From contig JAZORO010000078.1 in assembly GCA_045656605.1 (NCBI GenBank), positions 564 to 64,563 of the forward strand: 64,000 nucleotides of DNA, read 5' to 3'. Source of the stretch: Eubacteriales bacterium. Lineage in GTDB: Bacteria > Bacillota > Clostridia > Oscillospirales > CAG-272. A program made the translations under genes and the position numbers. This document shows positions 39,364 through 50,201 of this stretch, piece by piece; within the stretch, counting starts at the first letter, position 1; every line of letters begins with the position of its first letter. The notes under the pieces were generated by a model. It was not told the origin of the DNA, did no database searches, and saw only the letters and a list, made by a program, of their open reading frames with translations.

Positions 39364-40203
39364 TTAAAGAGCCTCTGCTCCGGATACAATCTCGGTGATT
39401 TCCTGCGTAATAACCGCCTGACGGGCTCTGTTGTATCTGAGTGAAAGCTCGTCTATCATCTCCGAAGCATTTTTGTTTGCCGAGTTCATAGCCGTCCTTC
39501 TCGCACCCGTCTCGGAAGCCACCGATTCCTTCATAGCCGACCAGACAACGCCGCCGATATAGCTCGGCACTATTACGTTCAGCATTTCGCTCGCATCCTC
39601 GTCCGATTCTACCGCAGGGCTGTTATCCTTTACAAGACGAAGCGGTAGCAGCTCCTCGGATGTGGGTGACTGGGTCAGCATAGAGACAAACTCTGTATAA
39701 ACGAGCGTTACTTTTCCGTAGAGCCCCTTTAAGAATCCTTCGCATATCGTGTCGCCGATCGCAATCGAATCGCCAACGCTGACGTCCTCAGCCGAGCCAT
39801 AGGCATCTGAGAGCATCTCATATCCTTTTCGCTCGCAGTATTCGAGAGCCTTTTTACCTATGGGCAGCCATACGGCATCCTCGCCGCCTCTGTGCGCTTC
39901 CGCAAACTTGAATACGTTCGAGTTGTATCCGCCCGCAAGTCCTCTGTCGCCGGCGATGATAACGTAAAGCGCCTTTTTTACACCGTTGCCCTCAATATAG
40001 CTCGACGGCTCGTCAAATTCGGAATGCGCAATTCTTGAAACAGCACTGCCAAGAGCATCACGGAAGGGTCTCGTTCTTTCTGCGAGCTCCTTAGCGCGGC
40101 GCAGCTTAGAGGTAGCAACGAGCTCCATAGCTTTGGTTATCTGCATAGTGCTCTTGACACTTTTTATCCTGGCTTTAATATCGTTAAGTGATGCGCCTGC
40201 CAT
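39364..40203 (-). CDS. atpG: F1 ATP synthase gamma subunit
   Basis: 279 aa. IKSVKSTMQITKAMELVA N-terminus, ITQEITEIVSGAEAL C-terminus. Confidence 0.95.
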   Translation of the reverse strand: MAGASLNDIKARIKSVKSTMQITKAMELVATSKLRRAKELAERTRPFRDALGSAVSRIAHSEFDEPSSYIEGNGVKKALYVIIAGDRGLAGGYNSNVFKFAEAHRGGEDAVWLPIGKKALEYCERKGYEMLSDAYGSAEDVSVGDSIAIGDTICEGFLKGLYGKVTLVYTEFVSMLTQSPTSEELLPLRLVKDNSPAVESDEDASEMLNVIVPSYIGGVVWSAMKESVASETGARRTAMNSANKNASEMIDELSLRYNRARQAVITQEITEIVSGAEAL

Positions 40204-40224
40204 ACGCTCATTCCTTTCCTAGAG

Positions 40225-41739
40225 TTAGTTAGCGTCTAAAAATTTCTTCTTTACGTGAGCTATAGCTTCACTTAACTCCCCGGCTGCCTCATCGGGGAGA
40301 AGCCCTGTTTCTCTGATGGAAGAGAGGAGCTCGCCCTTAGTAGCGATCAGGTATTCGAAGAGATCCGATTCAAAATCATTTATCCTGTTTACAGGAACGT
40401 CTGCCAGCAGATTATTAACTACCGAGTAAATAATAGCAACCTGGAGCTCTACCGCAATGGGAGCGTTCCTGTTTTGCTTGAGTACCTCGACGATTCTCTC
40501 ACCCTGCTCAAGTCTGGCTTTCGTATCGGCGTCGAGATCCGAGCCGAACTGTGCAAAGCCCTGAAGCTCTCTGTACTGCGAGTAGAGAAGCTTTAAAGTA
40601 CCGGAGACCTTCTTCATGGCCTTAATCTGAGCATTTCCGCCTACGCGTGATACCGAAATACCGGGGTTTACAGCGGGGCGGACGCCTGAGTGGAAGAGCT
40701 CCGACTCGAGGAATATCTGTCCGTCTGTGATAGAGATTACGTTTGTGGGAATGTATGCGGAGACGTCGCCTGCCTGCGTCTCTATAATCGGCAGAGCGGT
40801 AAGAGATCCGCCGCCGCACTCGTCCGACAGCCTTGCAGCACGCTCGAGAAGTCTTGAGTGCAGATAAAATACGTCACCGGGGTAAGCCTCTCTTCCGGGC
40901 GGTCTTCTGATAAGAAGCGACAGGGCACGGTAAGCAACAGCGTGCTTTGAAAGGTCGTCGTAAATAATCAAGACGTCCTTGCCTTTATCCATAAAGTATT
41001 CTCCCATAGCGCATCCGGCATAGGGTGCGATGTACTGGAGAGGCGCAGGGTCGGATGCGGTAGCCGCAACAACTAAGGTGTAGTCCATAGCGCCGTTCTG
41101 ATAGAGCGTATCGACGACGCCCGTAACGGTAGACTGCTTCTGACCTATGGCTACGTAGATACAGATAACGTCCTTGCCCTTCTGATTTATAATTGTGTCG
41201 GTGGCGATAGCCGTCTTACCGGTCTGTCTGTCACCTATGATAAGCTCTCTCTGGCCTCTGCCAATGGGTATCATAGAGTCAATAGCCTTGATACCGGTCT
41301 GTAAGGGTACAGAAACAGACTTTCTTTCTATAATTCCGTAGGCACGCCTTTCGATAGGGCTGTATTCCTTCGCCTCGATAGGAGCTTTACCGTCTATCGG
41401 CTGACCGAGAGCGTTTACAACTCTGCCGATAAGCTCCTCACCTACGGGTACGGAAACGACTCTGCCGGTGCTTTTTACGACGCTACCCTCGCTGATGCCT
41501 ACGTCAGTGCCGAGCAGGACGCAGCTGACAAAGCTTTCTTCAAGGTTGAGAGCCATTCCGAAGGAGCCGTTAGCGAACTCGAGCAGCTCGTTAGACTTAC
41601 ACTTATCAAGTCCGTGTACCTTCGCTATACCGTCTCCGACGGAGATGACGTAGCCTATCTCGTCGCTCTCCACCCTCTTTGAGTAGTTGCGTATTTGCTC
41701 TTTGATTATTTTGCTGATATCTTCTATTCTTGACTGCAT
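40225..41739 (-). CDS. atpA: F1 ATP synthase alpha subunit
   Basis: 504 aa. GDRQTGKT Walker A. Confidence 0.97.
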   Translation of the reverse strand: MQSRIEDISKIIKEQIRNYSKRVESDEIGYVISVGDGIAKVHGLDKCKSNELLEFANGSFGMALNLEESFVSCVLLGTDVGISEGSVVKSTGRVVSVPVGEELIGRVVNALGQPIDGKAPIEAKEYSPIERRAYGIIERKSVSVPLQTGIKAIDSMIPIGRGQRELIIGDRQTGKTAIATDTIINQKGKDVICIYVAIGQKQSTVTGVVDTLYQNGAMDYTLVVAATASDPAPLQYIAPYAGCAMGEYFMDKGKDVLIIYDDLSKHAVAYRALSLLIRRPPGREAYPGDVFYLHSRLLERAARLSDECGGGSLTALPIIETQAGDVSAYIPTNVISITDGQIFLESELFHSGVRPAVNPGISVSRVGGNAQIKAMKKVSGTLKLLYSQYRELQGFAQFGSDLDADTKARLEQGERIVEVLKQNRNAPIAVELQVAIIYSVVNNLLADVPVNRINDFESDLFEYLIATKGELLSSIRETGLLPDEAAGELSEAIAHVKKKFLDAN

Positions 41740-41768
41740 TTTATCACCAACTTCGTTAGTAATTTTGG

Positions 41769-42311
41769 TCAGACGACAAGATCTCTGAGACTCTTTTCAA
41801 AATTGTCGAGTCTGGTTTTGACCGAGCCGTCGAGCTGCACTCCCATATATCTCAGCTTCATTCCGCCGAGTATGGATGCGTCAACCGTGTTATTAATAAT
41901 TATCTGCTTTCCTGTGATTGATTCAAGCTTGCTCTTAAGCCTTAAGAGCTGTGAGTCTGAGAGTGCGACGGCGCTGACTGCCTCGACACGCTCTATGCCC
42001 TTATACTCATCGTAGGCGCAGCGATAACCGTCGAGCGCCTTTATGATTGAGAAAGCCATCCTCTTTTCCACCAACAGCTTTATCATATTTACAAGATACT
42101 CGTCCAGAGCGCCGAATGCCGCATCGGCAATACCGACTCTCTCCTCCTTTGAAAGCGCAGGGGAGTCGAGCAGCGCAGGATAGGATGGCTCGCCCACAAT
42201 CACCGTCCTGACACAGCCGACGTCACCGAGCACGAAATCCTCTCTGCCTGCCTCTCTTGCAAGCTCGAAGAGTGCCTTACCGTATTCCTTAACGTCAGTC
42301 ATTGCCGCCAC
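41769..42311 (-). CDS. atpH: F1 ATP synthase delta subunit
   Basis: 180 aa. Operon position, OSCP-like sequence. Confidence 0.85.
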   Translation of the reverse strand: MAAMTDVKEYGKALFELAREAGREDFVLGDVGCVRTVIVGEPSYPALLDSPALSKEERVGIADAAFGALDEYLVNMIKLLVEKRMAFSIIKALDGYRCAYDEYKGIERVEAVSAVALSDSQLLRLKSKLESITGKQIIINNTVDASILGGMKLRYMGVQLDGSVKTRLDNFEKSLRDLVV

Positions 42312-42816
42312 CTATATTATCGATGAATTCGTCGATAAAATCTTTGTGCTCAGCCTCGGAGACGTCTCTCTCGATGACCGCAGAAGCTATGCCGATAGCA
42401 AGAGATGAGACCTCATCCTTAACCTCGTTTATAGCCTTCTTCTTCTCGAGCTCGACCTCTTCTCTCGCTCTTTCAAGTATTCTCGCCGCCTTTACGTCGG
42501 CATCCTTTATGATTTCCTCTTCCTTCAGCTGTGCCGCTCTGAGCGCACGACGTCTGATTTCCTCACTCTCGTCGTTTGCCTGCTCGAGCTTTTCGTCATA
42601 CTCGCTTTTGATCTTTGCGGCTTCAATCCTCGACTGCTCAGCATCCGCATACATATCATCGATTTCCTTCTGACGTGAGTCGATCATATTTTTAACCGGC
42701 TTGAAGAGAAGCTTTTTTAGAAATAAATACAGTATAAGCAGATTGCACCATGCGAAAATCATCGTCCAGAAGTTCACTCCGACGAATGATTCAAATTCAT
42801 ATAAAAACCACTCCAT
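42295..42816 (-). CDS. atpF: Fo ATP synthase b subunit
   Basis: 173 aa. N-terminal TM followed by a long charged helix. Confidence 0.85.
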   Translation of the reverse strand: MEWFLYEFESFVGVNFWTMIFAWCNLLILYLFLKKLLFKPVKNMIDSRQKEIDDMYADAEQSRIEAAKIKSEYDEKLEQANDESEEIRRRALRAAQLKEEEIIKDADVKAARILERAREEVELEKKKAINEVKDEVSSLAIGIASAVIERDVSEAEHKDFIDEFIDNIGGGND

Positions 42817-42870
42817 GGGGCTCTCCTTTAAAAAAACTAAAAAACTTTATTCGTTCTTCCTAGAGTTAAA

Positions 42871-43137
<267 letters not shown>

Positions 43138-43236
43138 TTAACATTGCATTTTATTTTTATTTAATTCCTTTGAATGTAGATAAACTTGTAACCAAACCCT
43201 TTTGAGCATATATAAATTTAGGTTTGTTTTTTTAGG

Positions 43237-44061
43237 TCAGTCGGCTTTCTTTTCTTCCTTAACCTTCTTTCCTCTTACGGGCATCTCCTCGGGCTGGGGA
43301 CAAGCGCCGCCGACGTAAATCATCGTCAGAAGGCAGAATACGAACGCCTGCACAAAGCCGGAGAATAGGTCGAAATATATCGACAGAAACGCCGGGATAC
43401 CGACCTGGAATACGGGCGGCAGAAGCTTGGGCAAAAAGCCGAACAGCTTAGGAATCCAGCCCAGAACCAGAGTAGATAGGATTGAGAGAGCCGAGTAAAT
43501 CAGCGCTGTGAGCACCGAACCGCCCGCCACGTTTCCGAAGTGACGGAACGCCATAGACAGAGGCGAGGCTAACTCGCTGACGATGTTCATCGGGGTCATA
43601 ACCACAATAGGCTCGGTAAAGCCCTTGAGCCAAGCCTTAAAGCCGAAGTTTTTGATATTGTTGTACCACACCATTCCGGTAGTGACAAGCGCCCACGCCG
43701 CAGTTACCGACAGGTCGGCTGTTGCAGAACGGAATATCTGCGTCATACCGATAGTGGTGCAGAAGAACGAGCTTAAGAAGAGCGTTCCGATATAAGGGGC
43801 AAAGCGCAGATTATGCTCGCCCATTGTGTCCTTTACTATTCCGTAAAGCATTCCGACGAGCTTTTCGACAATTACCTGGAAGCGTCCCGGTCTCTTCTTT
43901 AAATTTTTGGATATAAAATAAGAGATTATTATCAGAGCCACCGTGACGGTGAAGAGAGTGACTGTGGTCTGAGTAATGGGATTGCCGAGTATGTCACCGA
44001 ATTTTTCGTACAAAGCTCGTATGCGAAGTATTATCTTCGGGCCATTTACGTTTAAATCCAT
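43237..44061 (-). CDS. atpB: Fo ATP synthase a subunit
   Basis: Start chosen at ATG 44061 (MDLNVNGPK), preceded by AAGGAGAG and abutting the atpI stop. Conserved Arg region AFRHFGNVAGG. Confidence 0.9.
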   Translation of the reverse strand: MDLNVNGPKIILRIRALYEKFGDILGNPITQTTVTLFTVTVALIIISYFISKNLKKRPGRFQVIVEKLVGMLYGIVKDTMGEHNLRFAPYIGTLFLSSFFCTTIGMTQIFRSATADLSVTAAWALVTTGMVWYNNIKNFGFKAWLKGFTEPIVVMTPMNIVSELASPLSMAFRHFGNVAGGSVLTALIYSALSILSTLVLGWIPKLFGFLPKLLPPVFQVGIPAFLSIYFDLFSGFVQAFVFCLLTMIYVGGACPQPEEMPVRGKKVKEEKKAD

Positions 44062-44062
44062 A

Positions 44063-44524
44063 TCAACTCTCCTTTCTCTTTCTGATAAGCTCTGAGACGT
44101 ATATGATAGGTCTGTATGCAAGCAGAGGTATTAGAGTAGCTATTACCTCAAAATAGTCAAGCGTGAAGGCAAGCACGAATGCTCCGAGCATGAGGAGTGT
44201 ACGCAACACGTAGGAGCGTGTCGCCGCAAACTGTACAGAGGCGGCATTCTCTTTGGCGAATTTCTCGGCTTCCTCGTCGGATAATTCGCCGTCTCCTCGC
44301 TTTTTCATAAACTTGTCTATCGCACGGTTTACGGACAGTGTAAGTATCAGAAAATTGACAACGGTGACGATGCTCCCGAGAGCAACACCGGTAATAACTT
44401 TATAGCTGAACTTATCTAAAAGAAGGTAAACACCTGTGACGGCAAGCGAAACTATAAGCTCGCCGATAAAGATGATTGCGGTTTCTGTAAGGGTTGTCTT
44501 ATTCGATTCGCAGTTAGTCGACAC
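44063..44524 (-). CDS. atpI: ATP synthase protein I (AtpI-like)
   Basis: 153 aa. Four hydrophobic segments. Position immediately upstream of atpB. Confidence 0.65.
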   Translation of the reverse strand: MSTNCESNKTTLTETAIIFIGELIVSLAVTGVYLLLDKFSYKVITGVALGSIVTVVNFLILTLSVNRAIDKFMKKRGDGELSDEEAEKFAKENAASVQFAATRSYVLRTLLMLGAFVLAFTLDYFEVIATLIPLLAYRPIIYVSELIRKRKES

Positions 44525-44840
44525 GTCCGTCTTCCTTTCTTTCAGCGTTCGCCTTTTGCCTTACGGGCGGCTCTTCACCCCTGTCTTTCTCTCTTTCCAG
44601 TCTTTCGAGATTTTTGCAAGCCGAGAGTATCAGCTTAATCATTGAGTATATCCCGGAAAGAGCGCCGACGGCAACAAGAGGCGCATACACCCACTCGGGC
44701 GCTTCACAGTACTTGATCAGCAGCCATCCGATACCGATGAAGATTCCTATCTGGAATATCAGATTGAAGATAGCTCCTCCAACAATGTTTAAAACGTGCA
44801 GAGCGCTTATAGTTTCTTTGTACACGCTCCTTTTCGCCAT
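44514..44840 (-). CDS. AtpZ/AtpR-like small membrane protein
   Basis: 108 aa. Two TM helices plus a charged tail. First gene of the atp operon. Confidence 0.55.
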   Translation of the reverse strand: MAKRSVYKETISALHVLNIVGGAIFNLIFQIGIFIGIGWLLIKYCEAPEWVYAPLVAVGALSGIYSMIKLILSACKNLERLEREKDRGEEPPVRQKANAERKEDGRVD

Positions 44841-44960
44841 GCGTTCCTCCTAAAGTAAAGTGAAAAATACCAATCCTATGTTATCATAATTTGTACCGAA
44901 AATCAAGGTGTATTCCGAAAGTTAATTATTTAACGTAAAATGAAATAATAATAATATAAG

Positions 44961-45020
44961 AAAAAAGCACTCACTGAGGATTCTCCGCCGGGCGGCAGAG
45001 AAAGTCTCTGTATGGGTGCT
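44961..45020 (-). terminator. terminator after pdp
   Basis: Extended imperfect hairpin agcactcactgag...ctctgtatgggtgct with inner ccgcc/ggcgg pairing. U-run on the minus strand (A6 at 44961-44966). Confidence 0.55.
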
Positions 45021-45038
45021 TTTGTGTTTATGTTATAT

Positions 45039-46343
45039 CTACGCTTTTCTTACGTAGCCGAGTATAACGTCTCTTTCCGAGACCTCGTCGCTGTAAAAAA
45101 CGGAGCGTATGAAAGTATCCTTAGCGACGGCTAGCTTCTCCTCGCTTGATGAGAATAATACCGCAATTGTGTCTCCTATCTCAACACGGTCTCGGGTTTT
45201 CTTCAAGAGAAGAATGCCTGCCGAATAGTCGATGCTGTCATCCTTCTTTTCACGGCCTGCGCCCAGCTTTACAGAGCACATTCCTATCGCCTCGGTATTC
45301 ACAGCGCCGATATAACCGCTTCTTTCAGCTTTAATTTCCATAGAGTATCTTGCAGGCTCGAATTTATCCGGATTTTTTATATACTCGACGTCTCCGCCCT
45401 GACGGCTGACCATCTCGATCAGCTTTTCAAGAGCCGAGCCGCAGAAAATTGCTTCTTCGCACCTGCGGAGAGCTTCATCATATCCAAGTCCGAGGGAGAG
45501 CATCGCCATTTCCGTAGCAAGAGCCAGGCATATTTCCTTAAGATCGGAGGGCCCTTTTCCGCTTAACACTTCGATAGCTTCCTTCACCTCGAGACTGTTT
45601 CCTATGGCGTGGCCGAGAGGTCTATCCATATCCGTGATTATTGCGCTGACTCGCCTGCCCGCCTTTATGCCTATATCAACCATCGCCTCGGCAAGAGCTC
45701 TCGCATCGTCGACGGTCTTCATAAAGGAGCCCGAGCCGCACTTCACGTCAAGAACGATTGACTCAGACCCTGCCGCAAGCTTCTTTCCCATAATCGATGA
45801 TGCGATGAGAGGGAGCGAGTCGACGGTAGCGGTGACGTCTCTGAGGGCGTATAGCTTCTTATCTGCCGGGGCAAGGTTGCCTGTCTGACCGGCTACGGCT
45901 ATGCCTATTTCTGCGACCTGACGTTTGAATTCATCGGGCGTGAGTGAGGTAGATAGGCCGGGGATTGACTCGAGCTTATCAATTGTGCCGCCTGTGTGTC
46001 CCAAGCCCTTGCCGCTCATTTTCGCTACGTTAGCTCCGAGGGATGCGAGTATAGGAGCGACAATCAGAGTAGTCTTGTCTCCCACACCGCCCGTAGAGTG
46101 CTTATCGACGGTTGAATACAGAGCGGAGAGATCTATGCTGTCTCCGCTTTCCGCAATAGCAAGCGTGAGCTCGGCTGTTTCCTCGGCATTCATACCCTTA
46201 AGGCAAATCGCCATAAGCAGAGAGCTCGCCTGATAGTCGGGTATGCTCCCGCTTGTATACCCGTTTGTAAAATAGCGTATCTCCTCTTTTGATAAGGGCT
46301 CGCCCCGCTTTTTCTTTGTTATAATTTCATACATATCAAGCAT
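45039..46343 (-). CDS. pdp: pyrimidine-nucleoside (thymidine) phosphorylase
   Basis: Start at ATG 46343 (MLDMYEIITKKKRGE) after GAGGTG. DKHSTGGVGDK and SGKGLGHTGGT motifs. Confidence 0.9.
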   Translation of the reverse strand: MLDMYEIITKKKRGEPLSKEEIRYFTNGYTSGSIPDYQASSLLMAICLKGMNAEETAELTLAIAESGDSIDLSALYSTVDKHSTGGVGDKTTLIVAPILASLGANVAKMSGKGLGHTGGTIDKLESIPGLSTSLTPDEFKRQVAEIGIAVAGQTGNLAPADKKLYALRDVTATVDSLPLIASSIMGKKLAAGSESIVLDVKCGSGSFMKTVDDARALAEAMVDIGIKAGRRVSAIITDMDRPLGHAIGNSLEVKEAIEVLSGKGPSDLKEICLALATEMAMLSLGLGYDEALRRCEEAIFCGSALEKLIEMVSRQGGDVEYIKNPDKFEPARYSMEIKAERSGYIGAVNTEAIGMCSVKLGAGREKKDDSIDYSAGILLLKKTRDRVEIGDTIAVLFSSSEEKLAVAKDTFIRSVFYSDEVSERDVILGYVRKA

Positions 46344-46401
46344 ATTACACCTCAAAAACCAACCCCTGCTCTTAGTAGCTAAAACGCCGAGGAAGGGAAT
46401 A

Positions 46402-46821
46402 TCAGAGAAGCTCCTTGCCAAAGCCGTGAGGCAACAGCGACGAGAGGGAATAACTCTCCGTGCCCTCGCCGCTCTGCACTATGATTTCAAAATCGGGCGA
46501 GCAAAATTCCGCCATAACCTGGCGGCATACTCCGCAAGGGGTGAAGCCGTCCTTGCCGCACTCTCCCTGTCTTCCGCCCGAGACGGCGATACAGTCAAAA
46601 TCACTTTCCCCGTCGAGTACAGCAGCAAAAAACGCCGCTCTCTCAGCGCAGATGCCCGGAGACATAGCCGAGTTCTCGATGTTTGCGCCCTCGTAGATTT
46701 TTCCATCTTTAGTTCTGAGCGCACAGCCTACCGAAACGTGTGAATAAGGACAGTAGGATTTTCTTCTCGCTGCATCGGCGCATTTGAGAAGAGCGAGCGC
46801 ATCTGACTTTGATATTTTCAT
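46402..46821 (-). CDS. cdd: cytidine deaminase
   Basis: CAERAA and PCGVCRQ zinc motifs. ATG at 46821 after AGGTG. Confidence 0.9.
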   Translation of the reverse strand: MKISKSDALALLKCADAARRKSYCPYSHVSVGCALRTKDGKIYEGANIENSAMSPGICAERAAFFAAVLDGESDFDCIAVSGGRQGECGKDGFTPCGVCRQVMAEFCSPDFEIIVQSGEGTESYSLSSLLPHGFGKELL

Positions 46822-46850
46822 AAAAAACACCTGCTATTGTAAATAATAGT

Positions 46851-48020
46851 TTATAAAACCTGGCTTAAATCTTCAAAAATATCCGAATCCGTTTCTACAC
46901 CCAAAGAGTCGCATACAAGCCTTCCGACCGAGCCGAATCCTCTTTTTGTGCCGAGATTAATACCGACCTCGCCCTTTCTATATATCAAAACGGGCACGTA
47001 TTCTCTCGTATGGTCGGTACTGTTGTCCGACGGGTCGCAACCGTGGTCAGCCGTGATAATCAGCAGGTCATCGTGAGAGAGCCCGGCTGCGATACCCGGT
47101 ATAGCGGCATCAAACTCGGACAGGGCGCGTGCGTATCCGTCCGCATCCTGCCTGTGTCCGTATAGCATATCGAAATCTACGAGATTTATAAAGCACAGAC
47201 CCCTGAAGCTGTGACGGACGAGCTGCCTTGTCAGCTTTATTCCCTCGGTGTTTCCGTGTGTCGGGATGCTTTCAGTTATTCCTTTTCCTGCGAATATATC
47301 GCTTATTTTGCCGACTGCAATTACGTCGAGCCCCGCATTTTTTATTTTGTCAAGAGCGGTTTGTGTCGGCGGCTCGAGCGAAAAATCTCTACGCCTGTCG
47401 GTTCTTATAAATCCGCCTTCGGTTTCTATAAAGGGTCTTGCGATTATTCTGCCGACTGCGTTTTTACCCGTCATAATTTTGCGCACGTCTTTGCATATTG
47501 CATAGAGCTCTTCGACGGGCACTACCGCCTCGTTTGCGGCTATTTGCAACACACTGTCGGCAGAGGTGTAGACGATAAGCTTGCCGGTATCGGTCGATTC
47601 CTTGCCGTATTTCTTTATCACCTCGGTACCGGAATAGGGAAGATTGCATAGAACGCCCCTAGCGGTAACACGCTCGATTTCGTTTATTACCTCATCCGGG
47701 AATCCGTCGGGATAGGTGGGCAGCGGGTTTTCAGAAACAATACCCATAAGCTCCCAGTGACCGACGGTAGTGTCCTTGCCTCGGCTGATTTCGGAAAGTC
47801 TGAGATGGCAGGCTTCCGCCTTTTCGCAGTCACTTACAGAATCTACCCCGTCGATATTCCCCAACCCCATTTTTATAAGATTCGGGATATATAGCTCCTT
47901 GCTTTTTGACACGCTCCTTAGCGTGTTTGCGCCGCTGTCGCCAAACAAGGCTGCGTCGGGAGCTTCTCCTATACCGAAGCTGTCAAGGACAATGAGGAAT
48001 ACTCTTTTATAGTTTTTCAT
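46851..48020 (-). CDS. deoB: phosphopentomutase
   Basis: 389 aa. VLDSFGIG, GKDTTVGHWE, ADHGCDP motifs. Confidence 0.92.
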   Translation of the reverse strand: MKNYKRVFLIVLDSFGIGEAPDAALFGDSGANTLRSVSKSKELYIPNLIKMGLGNIDGVDSVSDCEKAEACHLRLSEISRGKDTTVGHWELMGIVSENPLPTYPDGFPDEVINEIERVTARGVLCNLPYSGTEVIKKYGKESTDTGKLIVYTSADSVLQIAANEAVVPVEELYAICKDVRKIMTGKNAVGRIIARPFIETEGGFIRTDRRRDFSLEPPTQTALDKIKNAGLDVIAVGKISDIFAGKGITESIPTHGNTEGIKLTRQLVRHSFRGLCFINLVDFDMLYGHRQDADGYARALSEFDAAIPGIAAGLSHDDLLIITADHGCDPSDNSTDHTREYVPVLIYRKGEVGINLGTKRGFGSVGRLVCDSLGVETDSDIFEDLSQVL

Positions 48021-48029
48021 ATTCTTTCC

Positions 48030-48749
48030 TCAAATGGATGCTGCTGTCATAAGCGCAACGGTAATCATCTCCTTAAGAGATGTTTGCCTTTCTTCTGCTG
48101 ACATTGCCTCTCCTGTGAACACGTGGTCGGAGACGGTGCATATTGCAAGAGCGTTCTTTCCCGCAAGAGCAGCGTTCATATAGAGCGCCGCCGCTTCCAT
48201 CTCGACACCCAGGACACCGAGCGATGCCCACTTGGTTGCCATATCCTTCTCCTGACTGTAGAAGGTGTCGGATGAGAGCAGATTCCCGACGTAGTATCTC
48301 GCTCCGACCTCTTCCGCTTTCTGAGCGGCAACCCTCAAGAGCTTATACGAGGCTATGGGAGCGAAAGAGCCGTTAAGATTGAACTGATTTGCAAATGCGG
48401 AGTTTGTGCAAGCTCCCATTCCCAATATAAGATCCTTCACCTTGATGAAGGGTGCGTAAGCGCCGATCGAACCAACCCTGATTATATTCTCAACTCCGAA
48501 GAAGTTGAACAGCTCGTGAGAGTATATACCGATAGAGGGCATACCCATTCCGCTCGCCATAACCGACACGGGCACACCGTTGTACAGACCCGTGTAGCCC
48601 TGCACGCCCCTTACGTTATTTATGAGTCTTGCATCGGTAAGAAAATTCTCCGCTATGAATTTTGAGCGCAGGGGGTCGCCCGGCATAAGAACGGTCTTTG
48701 CAAAATCCGACGGCTCTGCGTTGATATGTGGTGTGTGACTGGATTTCAT
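48030..48749 (-). CDS. deoD: purine nucleoside phosphorylase, DeoD type
   Basis: 239 aa. TPHINA, MPGDPLR, GMGMPS, VEMEAAALY motifs. Confidence 0.92.
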   Translation of the reverse strand: MKSSHTPHINAEPSDFAKTVLMPGDPLRSKFIAENFLTDARLINNVRGVQGYTGLYNGVPVSVMASGMGMPSIGIYSHELFNFFGVENIIRVGSIGAYAPFIKVKDLILGMGACTNSAFANQFNLNGSFAPIASYKLLRVAAQKAEEVGARYYVGNLLSSDTFYSQEKDMATKWASLGVLGVEMEAAALYMNAALAGKNALAICTVSDHVFTGEAMSAEERQTSLKEMITVALMTAASI

Positions 48750-48779
48750 ATTTTTCTCCTCCGCTTACAAATGGATTTT

Positions 48780-49445
48780 TTAATAGTTGCCTGCCTCTTC
48801 GCCCTTAATTATTTTGACAAGTCTGCTTGTGCCGAGTCTGTCAGCTCCCAGGCTGATAAACCTCTCGGCATCCTCAAAGCTCTTGATGCCGCCCGCTGCT
48901 TTTACCTTTACGCACGGAGCGACGTTTTTACGCAGAAGCTCGACGTCGGAGAAGGTCGCCCCACCGTGAGAAAATCCTGTTGACGTTTTGATATAGTCAG
49001 CGCCCGCATCGGATACGACACGGCACATCGCTACCTTTTCCTCATCCGTTAAAAGGCAGGTCTCGATAATAACCTTGAGTATTTTATCCTGGCATACTGC
49101 CTTCATAGCCTCGAGCTCGAGCCTTATATCGTCATACTCTCCGTCCTTTACCTGACATACGTTTACCACGGTGTCGATTTCATCTGCACCGTCGCTTATC
49201 GCATCGGATGCCTCGGCGAGCTTAGCCGTTGTTGTGCTGTATCCGTTGGGGAAGCCGATAACGGTGCATATAGCGAGCCGCTCACCTACGTATTCCTTCG
49301 CTCTTTTCACGAAATGAGGGGGGATGCAGGCAGATGCGCACCCGTACTTTATCGCATCGTCGAGCACGGTCTTGATTTCTGCCCACGTAGCCGTTCTGTC
49401 GAGGAGGGTGTGGTCGCATTTCTTTAATATATCGTTTCTTTCCAT
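48780..49445 (-). CDS. deoC: deoxyribose-phosphate aldolase
   Basis: 221 aa. DHTLL start, KVIIE and IKTSTGF Schiff-base Lys region. Confidence 0.92.
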   Translation of the reverse strand: MERNDILKKCDHTLLDRTATWAEIKTVLDDAIKYGCASACIPPHFVKRAKEYVGERLAICTVIGFPNGYSTTTAKLAEASDAISDGADEIDTVVNVCQVKDGEYDDIRLELEAMKAVCQDKILKVIIETCLLTDEEKVAMCRVVSDAGADYIKTSTGFSHGGATFSDVELLRKNVAPCVKVKAAGGIKSFEDAERFISLGADRLGTSRLVKIIKGEEAGNY

Positions 49446-49466
49446 TTTTACAGTCTCCCTTTTCTT

Positions 49467-50045
49467 TTATTTGTTTTTAATTCGTGCTTTATCCCAGCAC
49501 CTGTGGCACATAGCCGTGTATACGTCGTCGCCGCCGAGAAGAATTTGCTCGCCCTCTGTTACGATTCTACCGTCCTTGCCGATTCTTGCGCTTACAGTAG
49601 CCTTGCACCCGCACTCGCAGATGGTTTTAATTTCTGCTATGGAGTCGGCTACCTCAAAGAGCCTTTTGCTTCCTTCGAAGAGGCGGGTGAGAAAGTCGGT
49701 TCTCAGCCCGAAGCACAGAACGGGTGTGTTCGTGTAATTGACAATTTTACGAAGCGCATCAATCTGCTCGGATGTAAAGAACTGCGCTTCATCCGCAATT
49801 ATGACGTCGCAGTCGGAGTGATTGCTTGTAAAATCCTCGTATATATCGGTGCTCTCGGAAATAGGAGTTGCCCTCGCCGACAAGCCTACTCTTGATGATA
49901 GAATGTCCGATCCGTCTCTTGTATCCTTCTTCGGCTTTATGAGCCAGACCTTCATACCTTTTTCTTCATAGTTGAATTTTGCAATCAGCGCTTGCGCCGT
50001 TTTTGACGACCCCATAGCGCCGTATTTGAAATACAGCTTCGCCAT
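49467..50045 (-). CDS. tdk: thymidine kinase
   Basis: ATG at 50045 after GAGGT. GAMGSSKT P-loop, DEAQFF, C-terminal CxxC...CxxC zinc site. Confidence 0.92.
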   Translation of the reverse strand: MAKLYFKYGAMGSSKTAQALIAKFNYEEKGMKVWLIKPKKDTRDGSDILSSRVGLSARATPISESTDIYEDFTSNHSDCDVIIADEAQFFTSEQIDALRKIVNYTNTPVLCFGLRTDFLTRLFEGSKRLFEVADSIAEIKTICECGCKATVSARIGKDGRIVTEGEQILLGGDDVYTAMCHRCWDKARIKNK

Positions 50046-50201
50046 AAATACCTCGCATAAATTTCTCATAATTATTCTATCATATTAACAGAAAAAAATA
50101 AAGTACAAATTTAGAAACAGGAAAAATAAATTGAAAAAGGTGTAGAAAAGTTCAAAAAGTTATGCTAGAATATATAAGAATAAAAAGGAAGGAGGGAGAA
50201 T

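Noticed and set aside
44062-44121. 20-codon N-terminal extension of atpB suggested by the ORF track
   Set aside because: It would overlap atpI by 59 nt. The ATG at 44061 has a good RBS and abuts the atpI stop.
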